This document shows, piece by piece, positions 51,471 to 61,293 of a stretch of DNA of 64,000 nt. The DNA is from Betaproteobacteria bacterium. GTDB lineage: Bacteria > Pseudomonadota > Gammaproteobacteria > Burkholderiales > SG8-41. The translations under genes and the position numbers were made by a program. The stretch is from NCBI GenBank assembly GCA_046339595.1, contig JBKDUF010000048.1:4351-68350 (forward strand). The letters are read 5' to 3'. The notes under the pieces are model-generated. The model was not told the DNA's origin. It ran no database searches and was given only the letters and a program-made list of their open reading frames with translations. Numbering within the stretch: position 1 is the stretch's first letter; each line of letters starts with the position of its first letter.

Positions 51471-52538
51471 TCACGTTTGCCTGCTGGTGAACCGATCTAG
51501 GAGATCTTTGTGGCGATAGGCCCATTGAGACAGGTCTTGCTGCACTTCATAGGCATCCGTCGGCGCAACAGGATTAGTCCTCACTGCCGGCTGAGCAGTC
51601 ATGCTTTCCGTGTTGGCCGGGGGATACCCGAAATACAGCGAGCGACGCAGGAAGATCGTGCAAAGTTCCTCGGTGGCGGCTTTGATACGGGCACTGGTCT
51701 CTGGTCCGCTGCGCGTGGTGCGGTCGGTGAAGATGCTGTGCCCGCCTGTGTTGTACACCGCCAGCGTTCTGGGCGATTGGGTCATGGCGTCAAAGATGGC
51801 GATGCGGTCTTCGATCGTACTTCGGTAGCCGGGCAGGTTGATGGTGTCCTCCAGACTGGTGATGTGCAGCGTTGGCAAGTTCACTGCGCCAAGCACCTGA
51901 CGCGCAGGTCCCTGTCCGATCAATGGCGGTGCCGAAATGAGGATGGCGGCCTTGATCCGCCGGTCCTGAAGGTCGGTTAAGTTTGGATTGCCGGTTTTCA
52001 CCTGGGCGCCGGCAACCAGCATGGCCGTATTCGCGCCATACGAGTGACCGGCAACTGCGATGCTTGAGGCATTAAACAGCTGACCCTGATCTGAGGCGAG
52101 GACATGGTTCAGGGCAAAACGCAAATCTAGCACCCTGGCCAGGGCTTCGGACTCGTGCGCCGCTGTCTGCAAGCGCTGTAGCAATTCCAACGGATTGCCT
52201 CGCCACACGCTGTTGTCACTGCCGACATGTTGCGGATGGAGGCTGGCCAAGCCGGCATTGGCCCAATGGCGGGCGAGGTAGCTGTAGCCCATGCGCGAGC
52301 CGCCAAGGCCGTGCGAGAAGACGACCAGAGGCACCGGAGATTCAGCACTGGCCTGTTGGGGGAAGTAAAGGCGCACAGGCACTAGCCTTTGACGGGCGGT
52401 GTCAAACAGTTCCAAGTCCAGGATGCGGTGACCCTGGGCAGGAGATGCCATCGCCCTACCGTCCGGACCTGCTGCGACGAGGCCGACTGCACCCGTCGCA
52501 AAACCCAGAGAACGGGTGAGAAATTCGCGGCGTTTCAT
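51471..52538 (-). CDS. Tat-exported alpha/beta hydrolase (dienelactone hydrolase / PAF-acetylhydrolase-like)
   Basis: ATG 52538 gives MKRREFLTRSLGFATGAVG, a twin-arginine signal. It has an HGLGG oxyanion region and the nucleophile elbow GHSYG. Confidence 0.7.
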   Translation of the reverse strand: MKRREFLTRSLGFATGAVGLVAAGPDGRAMASPAQGHRILDLELFDTARQRLVPVRLYFPQQASAESPVPLVVFSHGLGGSRMGYSYLARHWANAGLASLHPQHVGSDNSVWRGNPLELLQRLQTAAHESEALARVLDLRFALNHVLASDQGQLFNASSIAVAGHSYGANTAMLVAGAQVKTGNPNLTDLQDRRIKAAILISAPPLIGQGPARQVLGAVNLPTLHITSLEDTINLPGYRSTIEDRIAIFDAMTQSPRTLAVYNTGGHSIFTDRTTRSGPETSARIKAATEELCTIFLRRSLYFGYPPANTESMTAQPAVRTNPVAPTDAYEVQQDLSQWAYRHKDLLDRFTSRQT

Positions 52539-52744
52539 GGGCTCTTGGTATCGGCTGCGCGCCCGGACAACCACGGTCGGATCCACATGAGCAGGCCCGC
52601 ACCGGCTACCACTGGAAACACACCCCACTGAACGATGGCTACAAAAGTTGCATTCTCCCGCAAGGGGCTTGCATACACGAAGGCACCCAGGACAGGCGTG
52701 GTGGCCAGATGCAAATTGCGAAGCAGGCGATGAGGCAGTTTCAT
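52535..52744 (-). CDS. small hydrophobic protein (hypothetical)
   Basis: 69 aa with 2 predicted TM segments. Its stop overlaps the downstream ATG (ATGA), suggesting translational coupling. Confidence 0.4.
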   Translation of the reverse strand: MKLPHRLLRNLHLATTPVLGAFVYASPLRENATFVAIVQWGVFPVVAGAGLLMWIRPWLSGRAADTKSP

Positions 52745-52813
52745 GGCAATACCTTGTAAATCAATTCATCCTTGTAAGCGGATTGGACAGGCGGAGAGAT
52801 GAGGAACGTGAGA

Positions 52814-53629
52814 TCAAGTCATGGTGGACTTCACGGGTGCAAGCCGGAGCATGCGCTTGGTGATTGCAGCGACCATCGCCCTTGGAACAAGACGGTTGCC
52901 CAAAATCATGAGTCTGTTGGTCGTGCCAACGACGTGCGTCAAACCGCCACGAACCATCAGATCAACGCCTGCTTGCGCAACTTTACGAGGATCGGTACGA
53001 CTCTCCTGGCGGAAAAAATGACCCCCGTCGATTCGTTGAGGGTCAACGCTATTGAAGAAAGCTGTATCGGTGGGTCCAGGGGCAAGACAACGCACACGGA
53101 CGCCGTAGTCTTCCATTTCTTTCGCAAGTGCTTCGGAGAAATTCAGGACGAACGCCTTAGATGCGCCATAGGCTGCAAAATAGGGTGTTGGCTGGAAAGC
53201 CGCCGTTGAGGCGACGTTCAGAATGCGGCCTGCACGCCTTTGCTTCATGGATTCCCCATAAAGGCGACAAAGTTCGGCGACGGCAACGACATTGAGCTGC
53301 AACATGCGGTAAATCTGCGCAGGTTCGATTTCGATGTGTGTGTCGACGATGCCAAACCCCGCGTTGTTGATCAGAGTGTCAATTTGGAACCCATGTTTTT
53401 CGGTATGCTCGAAAAGCCGGTGTGCAGCCCCGGGTTCAGACAGATCGATGGAGTGCACGTGAACCTCGGTTCCGTGAGCTGCGCGTAGTTCGTTCGCTGC
53501 TGTCTGAAGTCGCACTGCATCCCGTCCAACCAGGATGAGACTGTGTTCGCGTGAGGCCAGTAGCCTGGCCACCTCCAGGCCGATACCGCCGCCGCCACCT
53601 GTGATGAGGATAGATTTTGCCGAACTCAT
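52814..53629 (-). CDS. SDR family oxidoreductase
   Basis: ILITGGGGGIGLEVA cofactor motif, NNAG, and YGASKAF (YxxxK). Confidence 0.9.
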   Translation of the reverse strand: MSSAKSILITGGGGGIGLEVARLLASREHSLILVGRDAVRLQTAANELRAAHGTEVHVHSIDLSEPGAAHRLFEHTEKHGFQIDTLINNAGFGIVDTHIEIEPAQIYRMLQLNVVAVAELCRLYGESMKQRRAGRILNVASTAAFQPTPYFAAYGASKAFVLNFSEALAKEMEDYGVRVRCLAPGPTDTAFFNSVDPQRIDGGHFFRQESRTDPRKVAQAGVDLMVRGGLTHVVGTTNRLMILGNRLVPRAMVAAITKRMLRLAPVKSTMT

Positions 53630-54546
53630 AACGGGCGCTCCCCTGAGAAATCAATGTGGCGCTGAAGGAAATCATCAATCCGTGCAGTGACACTCACTGG
53701 GTCATCGACGACCGAAATATGGGCCGTGTCGAGCACCTCAAAATGACCATTGGGCAGCGCTTCAGATGCACACTTGAGGGCGTCAACCGGGTACATCGAA
53801 TCTTGGCGACCAGCCACGAAGAGTGTGGGTGCCTTGATCCCGTTCATGCGATCAGCCAGCGGTTCACGATCGATCAGCACCGATCGAACCGCCTGTGAGA
53901 GTGCAGCACCATCGGCCTGACGCAGATGTTGGTGAAATTCCTCTTGAGTGACACCTCCACGCTCGATGGTGGCAGGCAGGAAGAAAGCTTTCGCGACGCC
54001 GTTTCTGTAAGCCGCTGTGGAGTGGATCCAGCGTGCCCCCCAGACGACAAACCGGTCACTCAGGCTGGGGCCGTCGCGAGCCTTGATGACCGGTGTATTG
54101 AGCATGACCACAGCCAGGGTTCGCTTTGGTTGTAACAGCGCAAATTCCCCTGCGACCAGACCACCCCACGATGTTCCAACCACCACCACCGGTTCGGAGA
54201 GGGTCAATGCATCGAGTATCTCACCGAGTGCTTGGCCACAGTCATTCATTGAGAAAGCACCCGGGGGCCGGCCACTATCCCCGTGACCTGGCCCATCAAT
54301 GGCGATGATTCGGTGCCTGCCACGCCAGACTTCAATTGGGTGGCGGTAAATCCTGTAGTCGGCAAGGATTGAAGGCCACAAGACGATCGTTTGATCAGGA
54401 GGATCTGTCGGTCCTGTGTCACGAACAGCGAGTGCGCCGACACGCGTTAAGACTTGGTTGCATGGCGGCAGCAGTGATGACGGCGCTTCTGCAGTTCTGT
54501 CTTGTTTCAGGGTCACTGTGGTGCTCGTCATGGTGTGTGAATTCAA
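53626..54546 (-). CDS. alpha/beta hydrolase
   Basis: DGPGHGDS and a GTSWGG nucleophile elbow, with a His near the C-terminus. It overlaps the SDR start. Confidence 0.85.
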   Translation of the reverse strand: MNSHTMTSTTVTLKQDRTAEAPSSLLPPCNQVLTRVGALAVRDTGPTDPPDQTIVLWPSILADYRIYRHPIEVWRGRHRIIAIDGPGHGDSGRPPGAFSMNDCGQALGEILDALTLSEPVVVVGTSWGGLVAGEFALLQPKRTLAVVMLNTPVIKARDGPSLSDRFVVWGARWIHSTAAYRNGVAKAFFLPATIERGGVTQEEFHQHLRQADGAALSQAVRSVLIDREPLADRMNGIKAPTLFVAGRQDSMYPVDALKCASEALPNGHFEVLDTAHISVVDDPVSVTARIDDFLQRHIDFSGERPL

Positions 54547-54617
54547 GATTCCTGGCGGGACGTCCAGCAGATTTTGCCGGTATTGCCGATTAATGTAAAC
54601 AGCGATAACATGCCCTC

Positions 54618-55271
54618 ATGCAAAACAATGAATTGCCTAGAGCCACTTCTTGCAGAAGTACAGCCAAACCACGACCGCGAAGCTTTCACCACGGCAATCT
54701 CCGGCAAGGACTGATCGACGCCGCGCTGGCTGCACCTGAGATCGAGGGACTCTCTTTGCGACAGCTCGCCGCGAGTCTTGGAGTGACGGCAGCGGCCGCG
54801 TATCGCCACTTCGACAGCCGTGAAGGCCTGTTGTTCGAAGTTGCCCGTATTGGGTTCAATCGCCTTAGGCAGCGGTTTGCTTCTGCTTTTGATATCAAAG
54901 CCCCGCCATCGGACGTTGAAGAGGCTCGGCTCCGTCTGAGCCGCCTGGCGCAGGCCTATTTGCAATTCGCCGATGACGAGCCAGCCCTGTGGCGGCTGAT
55001 CTTTGGCGCACAGGCTGAGGCTTACCGTAAAACGATCGATTCAGGAGGTGACCCCGACAGCTACGAATATCTTCCCGCGGCTTTGTTAGGCTTGTATTTG
55101 ACGGGAGTTGTTTCCACTCAGCCGAGTGAGCGTGATGCGCTGTTCGCGTGGAGTGCAGTCCACGGCGCAGCCACCTTGCGCAGCGGACGCGTCCCGGGAG
55201 CTCTCATTTCCATCCCGGAACTCGCCCACGAGGTGGCTGAACGTGTGATCCTGGCCATGAAGCACGAATGA
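54618..55271 (+). CDS. TetR/AcrR family transcriptional regulator
   Basis: HTH region LSLRQLAASLGVTAAAAYRHFDSREGL. It is divergent from the hydrolase/SDR operon. Confidence 0.9.
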   Translation: MQNNELPRATSCRSTAKPRPRSFHHGNLRQGLIDAALAAPEIEGLSLRQLAASLGVTAAAAYRHFDSREGLLFEVARIGFNRLRQRFASAFDIKAPPSDVEEARLRLSRLAQAYLQFADDEPALWRLIFGAQAEAYRKTIDSGGDPDSYEYLPAALLGLYLTGVVSTQPSERDALFAWSAVHGAATLRSGRVPGALISIPELAHEVAERVILAMKHE

Positions 55272-55298
55272 CTGAAACACCGAACAGGAGATCTTCAC

Positions 55299-55800
55299 AT
55301 GATTCTTCACGACCTAAGCGCTGGCATGCACCCACGACGCGTGCGTATCTTCATGGCTGAAAAAGGCATTTCGATCGAGCGACGCGAGGTGGATGCCGCG
55401 GGTGGGGCCAATGCCCTGCCGGACTTCCTCCGGCTCAATCCACTGGGTAAGTTGCCTGTGCTCGAACTCGACGATGGCAGCGCCATTGCCGAGTCCCTGG
55501 CGATTTGTCGTTATTTGGAGGCCTTGCACCTGCAGCCACCATTGATGGGGCAGACACCTCAGGTCTCGGCCCAAACCGACATGTGGACGTTGCGCATGGA
55601 TCACGAACTGTCACAGCCGATCGCGCTGGCATTTGTGCACAGCAGCGACTTCTACCGCGGGCGCGTCGAGCAGGTGCCCGAAGTCGCCGGCTGGGCCCGC
55701 AATCGGGCGCTGCAGACCTTGGCGTGGCTGGATGGCGAGTTGGCTGAGCGCAGCCACATCGCTGGCGATGACTACACCCTGGCCGACATCGTCGCGCGGC
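55299..55800 (+). pseudogene. glutathione S-transferase, C-terminally truncated
   Basis: The N-terminal GST fold (RVRIFMAEKGI..., LNPLGKLPVLELDDGSAIAESLAICRYLE) and part of the C-domain (YTLADIVA) are present. After that the frame runs into unrelated sequence. Confidence 0.65.
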
Positions 55801-55809
55801 AGTGCATCG

Positions 55810-56511
55810 GCCGATCCTCTATTCGCCCAGATCGTGCTCCGGCACACGCGCAAGACCGCCTACGCCAGCGATCGCACGCTGCCTGACAATCTCGTGCGCA
55901 GTTGGGCAGATTCGGCCAGCCGCTTCGGCCTGCGCAGCGGGTTGGCGACTGGCGCAGCGGCCATGGATCCGATCCGCCGCATCACGCGAGAGGCCTACGA
56001 GATCGAGGTCACCACGGCCCGTACGTGGCTTGAATCAGCCCGCCTGATGCGAATCGGACCCGGCGCCATCGCCGCCAACCCCGATGGCATCAGCATGAAC
56101 AGCCCGATGGTGCGGTTATTACATAGGATCGGACTCTTTGACCCGATGGAGGTGCCCGCAAAGGGCAGCAGTTCCCTGCAGCGGGTGATGGAGCACTGGA
56201 TGCCCTTGGAGACCGCCAGCGGCTTCCTTTGGCTGGCCAGCCCGGACAACACTCGCTCGATGCAGGTGGCCTCAGGCCGCGCCTACGTGCGCGCACACTT
56301 GCTGGCCACGGCCGCGGGCGTTGACATGCATCCATTGTCCCAGGCCCTGCAGGAGTTCCCGGAGATGCGCGGACCGCGCGAAGCGCTCTACCAAACCCTG
56401 GACCTTGGTGCAGCGGATCAAACGCTGCAGATGCTCTCGCGCGTGGGATTCGCGACCGAAGCCCTTGGACCGAGTCCCCGCCGCAGTCTCGACTCGCTGT
56501 TGCGGATCTGA
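55810..56511 (+). pseudogene. nitroreductase-like (Acg/FMN-binding family) protein, N-terminally truncated fragment
   Basis: The frame of ORF 55633..56511 becomes protein-like from ...PLFAQIVLRHTRKTAYASDR onward. No plausible N-terminal domain or start precedes it. It shares a junction with the truncated GST. Confidence 0.5.
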
Positions 56512-56700
56512 GGCATCAGGCTCTGTCTTCACCGCTGCCGTTGACTGGGCTCGCGGGAGCAGTTGTTTCAGTGGAGATTTGTCGTTGAGTGATATCCGGC
56601 TTAACGACCAACTCACTTGCATGCGGATCAGCCAAGTTGACGGGGCAATTGACGATGCTCTCGCGCTCGTAGCGCTCGACCAGCGCACGGGACGACTCCT

Positions 56701-57942
56701 TCAGACCGCGCGGCGCACGCAGCGGACATGGTTATGCCCGCGAATGTCGTCACCCTGCGGCCCGAAGCCCTGCGGCCACTTCCCAGGCTGGGCAGTCTTC
56801 GGGTCGCTCCGCTGCGCACCGGCACCATGCGCGTCCACCCAGCGCCAAGTGCCAGAGCCTGGCGGCACCTCCATCCGGCCGAGCGCCGCACCGAACGCGA
56901 AATACACCGCCAATTCGCCAACGACGGTGAAAGGGCGCGGCTGGCCTTCCGGCGGCGGACTTTCGAGATGCGTCGTGGATGCCCAAACATAGGCAGTGGG
57001 GTCCACGAGCCGAAACACCGGGTCAATCGCCGGGATCCGCCCGTAATCCACGATGCTATGAAGCTCCTTCGCATCCGGCAGCCGCCAGTCGGCATGGCCG
57101 CCGAGCCGAAGCGCCGCGCAATGCGATAACCCAGCCTGCCAAGACCGAGCAACGCCATCGTCAGCGCGCTGCCACTCCAGGCCCGTGGCAGCGTCCAGCA
57201 CGGTTTCCGCCGTCGCGCGGAAATCATTGATCCCATAGGGCGGCCCGCGCACCAGCCGCACCGCCAGCCGGTTCGGTGTGCGCATCCGGTTTGCAGGATC
57301 CATCAGCGGGTAGCCCTTGATGCGGCCATCGGCGAAGTTCACCCCAAATACCGTCTCCGACCCGCCAACCGTCCGGCCCTGGTAGCGCGTTGCCGTCCAT
57401 TCCTGGGCATCAATCGACCGCCGCCCGGCTGAGGCGTCGCCAAGCCCTACACCGCCGCCATAGGCGAAGCGAAACACCGAGGTGTTGATGTAAGGGCGGG
57501 AGGTTGCCGGATCGCCGGTGAAGCCGCCACGGAAATCCATCAGCGAATACAGCTCTCGGATGGACGGCACCGGCCAATCGCCGTGGCCACCGAGGCGGCT
57601 GTCGGTGGCAAGCCGCTCCGCCTCCTCGAGGGTGACGGGCGCGCTCGGTGTCTCGGCCCAGGTCAAGCCCGTGATCAGATCAGTGACCGTGCCATCGCCA
57701 TTTGCGTGATAGGCCATGGGTCGAAGCGGGGGAGCGCCATCGGCGCCGGCGAAGGGAGCGCCCGGTGGCGGGCAGGCGATCTGCACGGTTGCACCAAAGC
57801 AGCGATCCTGCCCAGTGCCGGGGAGGGTGTAGGACAGCGTTTGCGCCGCGGCAGGGGCAGCGGCGACTGCCAAACCGAACGATCCCAGAAGCATCGCAGC
57901 CAGATGACGGAGCTTCAAGGTCATGGCGACAACTTTTTTCAT
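56701..57942 (-). CDS. DUF1566 (Lcl C-terminal domain-like) secreted protein
   Basis: Signal peptide (LRHLAAMLLGSFGLAVAAAPAAAQ) and repeated DUF1566-type motifs (GHGDWPVPSIRELYSLMD, GHADWRLPDAKELHSIVDY). The start could be 57942 or 57924. Confidence 0.7.
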   Translation of the reverse strand: MKKVVAMTLKLRHLAAMLLGSFGLAVAAAPAAAQTLSYTLPGTGQDRCFGATVQIACPPPGAPFAGADGAPPLRPMAYHANGDGTVTDLITGLTWAETPSAPVTLEEAERLATDSRLGGHGDWPVPSIRELYSLMDFRGGFTGDPATSRPYINTSVFRFAYGGGVGLGDASAGRRSIDAQEWTATRYQGRTVGGSETVFGVNFADGRIKGYPLMDPANRMRTPNRLAVRLVRGPPYGINDFRATAETVLDAATGLEWQRADDGVARSWQAGLSHCAALRLGGHADWRLPDAKELHSIVDYGRIPAIDPVFRLVDPTAYVWASTTHLESPPPEGQPRPFTVVGELAVYFAFGAALGRMEVPPGSGTWRWVDAHGAGAQRSDPKTAQPGKWPQGFGPQGDDIRGHNHVRCVRRAV

Positions 57943-58375
57943 AATGAATCGTAAATCATCCATGTCGGCTCATCCAGGCATTGCTGAGGTCGAGCGCGGG
58001 GAGGGCCCCCCGTGCATTGAGGACGGCGATACGCTCACGGCGGAACCCAGATCTGGCGTGGGGGTACCGGCGTCGGTCGCAAGGCGATCGCGGATCCGGT
58101 GCCGCGCGTGGCGGTCCTGGAGTAACCGGTCTGGGCTGGAACTGGACTTCATTGCTGGGCGGATTTCTGCGTTGAATCGCGCATTAGGTTCCGGGGAACA
58201 ACTTCGCCCGGGTTTCCCGGGTTCTTGACGCCTCGCGCTGTCTGCCGCGACTCATGGTTGACGAGAAAAAATGTGCGGCCCCTGCCCGCGACCTGTCTGG
58301 TGACTTCGAACGGCCATCTCGCAGCGGATGAACCGTCGCTGGCGCGATTACCTGTGTCTTGAACGAGGCGCCGCG

Positions 58376-59698
58376 CTACTTCTTCGGTTCTTTTTTCGTC
58401 CCGAACAGCCCTTCGGCCCAGGTGCCGACCCTGGCGCCCGCGGCAGTGCCGACGCCGGGCAGGATTGCAGTGCCCAAGGCTGCACCGGTGGGCAGGGCCA
58501 TCGGTGAATCCAGTGTGCCGCTGAGTTTGAGGGGAACCACCAAAGCCCCCGCAACCTGCACGTTGACGCGTCCGGACAGCGATTGCCCCGGTGAGATCGT
58601 GACATTGCCATCGGCGCTCAGTGATCCTGATGCCACCTTGAACTGGGTGATGTGCTGGGTGCCACGGTCCATCGCATAATGGCCGTTCAGGGTGTCGAAA
58701 CGGGTTTCGCCGCCCCTTTCGCGCTTAATTAGCTGGGTTGCCGCACGCTGCAGGTCGATGCCCTGCAGCACGCCGCCGCGGATGTCGAACGGAGTTTCCA
58801 GGCGCAGGGCCGAGGCGATCTGCTCGGGTTTTGCGCTGGACCCCGAAAACACCGGTTTTGCGGTAAGACGCCCGCTGATTTTGGCGGACGGGGAAAACAG
58901 CGGTACCAGGTCGCGCAGTTCCACGGCATCGACCGCCAGCTGGCCTTTCAGGCTCAGGCCTTTCTGCCAGCCGACTTCCATCACGCCATTGATCTTTCCC
59001 TGGTAAAGCTTGGATTCGACCTGGCGCAGGTCGAGACTGGAAGGCGTGGCAAAGCCGCTGACCTGCAGTTCGTCGAATTTCATCGGCGGGCCCAGCGGCA
59101 GCGTCCAGTCTCGGGCATCGACATTCAGGCGCAGCCGGCCCTGGTCGGCAGGCAGCAGCGTGGCTTTCAGCCTGCCGTCGCGGGCGCTCAACAGCGCGCG
59201 CTGCGGCAATCCGTCGGAGCCGATGGCGACCTCGGCATCGAAGGGGCCGAGTTTTTTCTGCTGCAGCTGCAGTGATGCATCGTTGAGGCGGATTTCGCGC
59301 ACCTCGACCTTGAAAGCAGCGGGGGGCGCCTTGGGGTCGGTTTTGGTCCACTGCGGAATCTTGTCGAGCGCGCGCTGGTTGATGAGCAAGCCGCTGATCT
59401 CGATGCTGCGGATGACCTTGGTTGCCGTCAGCAGTGAAAGCAGGCCGGGCGTCACCGCGACCGTGCCGACCTTGAGGTCGCCGGCCTTGCCGACTTCGAT
59501 GCCTTCGATCACGACATGGGGCAGGGGCAATACGTGCAGGGAGAGCTTGCGCAGGGTGACCGGTTCCTTCAGCTTGTCCGAAACCATGGCCTCGACCTGT
59601 GGCCTGAATCTGTCCAGTGAAATCAGCAGCGGCAGCAGTGCCACGGCAGCCAGAGGCAGCAAAAAGACCAGAAATGGGCGTTTAATCCACTGCATCAT
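58376..59698 (-). CDS. AsmA family protein
   Basis: MMQWIKRPFLVFLLPLAAVALL... is an N-terminal anchor, followed by the AsmA-like LDRFRPQVEAMVSDKLKEPVTLRKLSLHVLPLP. Confidence 0.75.
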   Translation of the reverse strand: MMQWIKRPFLVFLLPLAAVALLPLLISLDRFRPQVEAMVSDKLKEPVTLRKLSLHVLPLPHVVIEGIEVGKAGDLKVGTVAVTPGLLSLLTATKVIRSIEISGLLINQRALDKIPQWTKTDPKAPPAAFKVEVREIRLNDASLQLQQKKLGPFDAEVAIGSDGLPQRALLSARDGRLKATLLPADQGRLRLNVDARDWTLPLGPPMKFDELQVSGFATPSSLDLRQVESKLYQGKINGVMEVGWQKGLSLKGQLAVDAVELRDLVPLFSPSAKISGRLTAKPVFSGSSAKPEQIASALRLETPFDIRGGVLQGIDLQRAATQLIKRERGGETRFDTLNGHYAMDRGTQHITQFKVASGSLSADGNVTISPGQSLSGRVNVQVAGALVVPLKLSGTLDSPMALPTGAALGTAILPGVGTAAGARVGTWAEGLFGTKKEPKK

Positions 59699-59785
59699 GG
59701 CAGAATCCCGCGTTGACCGGCATGGCACCGGAAGCTAGAATATGCCCCTCGCTGAAGGGCTAACAACCCGATTTATAAGCGAAAT

Positions 59786-59861
59786 TCCCCGATAGCTCAG
59801 TCGGTAGAGCGACGGACTGTTAATCCGCAGGTCCCTGGTTCGAGCCCAGGTCGGGGAGCCA
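59786..59861 (+). tRNA. tRNA-Asn (anticodon GUU)
   Basis: UCCCCGA/UCGGGGA acceptor stem, AGCTCAGTCGGTAGAGC D-arm, anticodon loop CTGTTAA, GGTTCGAGCCC T-arm and CCA. Confidence 0.95.
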
Positions 59862-59871
59862 GACACAGCAC

Positions 59872-59900
59872 AAAAAAGCCCGCTTGCGCGGGCTTTTTTG
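59872..59900. terminator. bidirectional rho-independent terminator (tRNA-Asn / aminotransferase)
   Basis: A6-GCCCGC-TTGC-GCGGGC-T6. Confidence 0.8.
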
Positions 59901-59926
59901 TTGGACAAAATTTCCCCGGGCAAAAC

Positions 59927-61138
59927 TCAGGCGCTGGTCAGCACGTCTGCAATGGCTTTGGCGACGTAGTCAATGTTGTTCGAATTCAGCGCCGCAACGC
60001 AGATGCGGCCGCTGTCCAGCGCATAGATCGAATAGTTCTCGCGCAGTTTGGCGACCTGGGCCTTGGTCAGGCCTGAATAGGAGAACATGCCGCGCTGGTC
60101 AACGATGAATCCGAAATCGAAGTCAGAGCGCTGCTCGCGCACCTTGTCCACCAGCGCTTTGCGCATGACCTTGATGCGGTCGCGCATCGCGCCGAGTTCC
60201 TGTTCCCACAGCGCGCGCAGCTCGGGGTTGGTCAGCACCATCGCCACTGTCTGCCCGCCATGGGTTGGCGGGTTCGAGTAGTTGGTGCGGATCACGCGTT
60301 TGAGCTGGCTCAGCGTGCGCGCGGCCTCATCCTTGTCCCGGGTGACGATGCTCAGCGCGCCAACACGTTCCCCGTAGAGCGACATGGATTTCGAATATGA
60401 GCTCGACACGAACACCGCAGGCAGTGCGGCAGCGAATTTGCGCACCACCGCTGCATCGGCATCGAGGCCGTCGGCGAAACCCTGGTAGGCGAGGTCGAGG
60501 AAGGGCACCAGCTCGCGCTGCTTGACCGCGGCGAGCACTTTTTCCCATTGCGCCGGCGTGAGGTCGATCCCGGTCGGGTTGTGACAGCAGGCGTGCAGCA
60601 CGACCACGCTGCCCTTGGGCATCGCGTTCAGCGCGGCGAGCATGTCGTCGAACTTCACGCCATTGGTGGCGGCATCGTAGTAGGGGTAGGTCTTGACGGT
60701 GAAGCCGGCGTACTCAAACAGCGCACGGTGGTTTTCCCAGCTCGGGTCGCTGATGTAGAGTTCGGCGCCGGGGTTGAAGCGGCGCAGGAAGTCGCCGCCG
60801 ACCTTGAGGCCGCCGGTGCCACCGAGGGTCTGCACCGTGACCACGCGACCGGATTTGACCGGCTCGGAATCGGCGCCAAACAGCGCCTGCTGGGTGGCCT
60901 TGTCATAGGCTGCGATGCCGTCGATCGGCAGGTAGCCGCGCGGCATCGCGGTTTCGGCCAGCTTCTGTTCGGCCTTGCGCACGCACTGCAGCACCGGCAC
61001 CTTGCTGTCATCGTCCGTGTAGATGCCGACCCCGAGATTGACTTTTTTCGGGTTGGTATCGGCTACATAGGCTTCGGTCACGCCAAGGATGGGATCCTTC
61101 GGCGCCATTTCAATTTTGTCGAGGACGGAACTGGTCAT
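59927..61138 (-). CDS. tyrB: aromatic/aspartate aminotransferase (class I)
   Basis: Starts at ATG 61138 (MTSSVLDKIEMAPKDPILGVTEAY...NLGVGIY) and carries SYSKSMSLYGERVG (PLP-Lys). Confidence 0.9.
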   Translation of the reverse strand: MTSSVLDKIEMAPKDPILGVTEAYVADTNPKKVNLGVGIYTDDDSKVPVLQCVRKAEQKLAETAMPRGYLPIDGIAAYDKATQQALFGADSEPVKSGRVVTVQTLGGTGGLKVGGDFLRRFNPGAELYISDPSWENHRALFEYAGFTVKTYPYYDAATNGVKFDDMLAALNAMPKGSVVVLHACCHNPTGIDLTPAQWEKVLAAVKQRELVPFLDLAYQGFADGLDADAAVVRKFAAALPAVFVSSSYSKSMSLYGERVGALSIVTRDKDEAARTLSQLKRVIRTNYSNPPTHGGQTVAMVLTNPELRALWEQELGAMRDRIKVMRKALVDKVREQRSDFDFGFIVDQRGMFSYSGLTKAQVAKLRENYSIYALDSGRICVAALNSNNIDYVAKAIADVLTSA

Positions 61139-61293
61139 GGCAGGCTTGGGGGCATCGGGAACGGGTGTCAGCAAAACCCGGATTTTAGCCCTCTTTTTGC
61201 ACTGCACCCAAACTGTGCCGGGCGGGACGCCGTGGCGGCAGGTCGCTGACCGGTCCGCAAACCCGTTACCATCAGCGCTTTTGCCTGCCACGC

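Noticed and set aside
57964-58375. Island border: I searched by eye for a direct repeat of the tRNA-Ser(GCU) 3' end (GGTTCGAATCCCTCTCTCTCCGCCA), or for an integrase remnant.
   Set aside because: No convincing repeat or ORF was found. Only a short palindrome CCCGGGTTTCCCGGG and GC-rich non-coding sequence are present.
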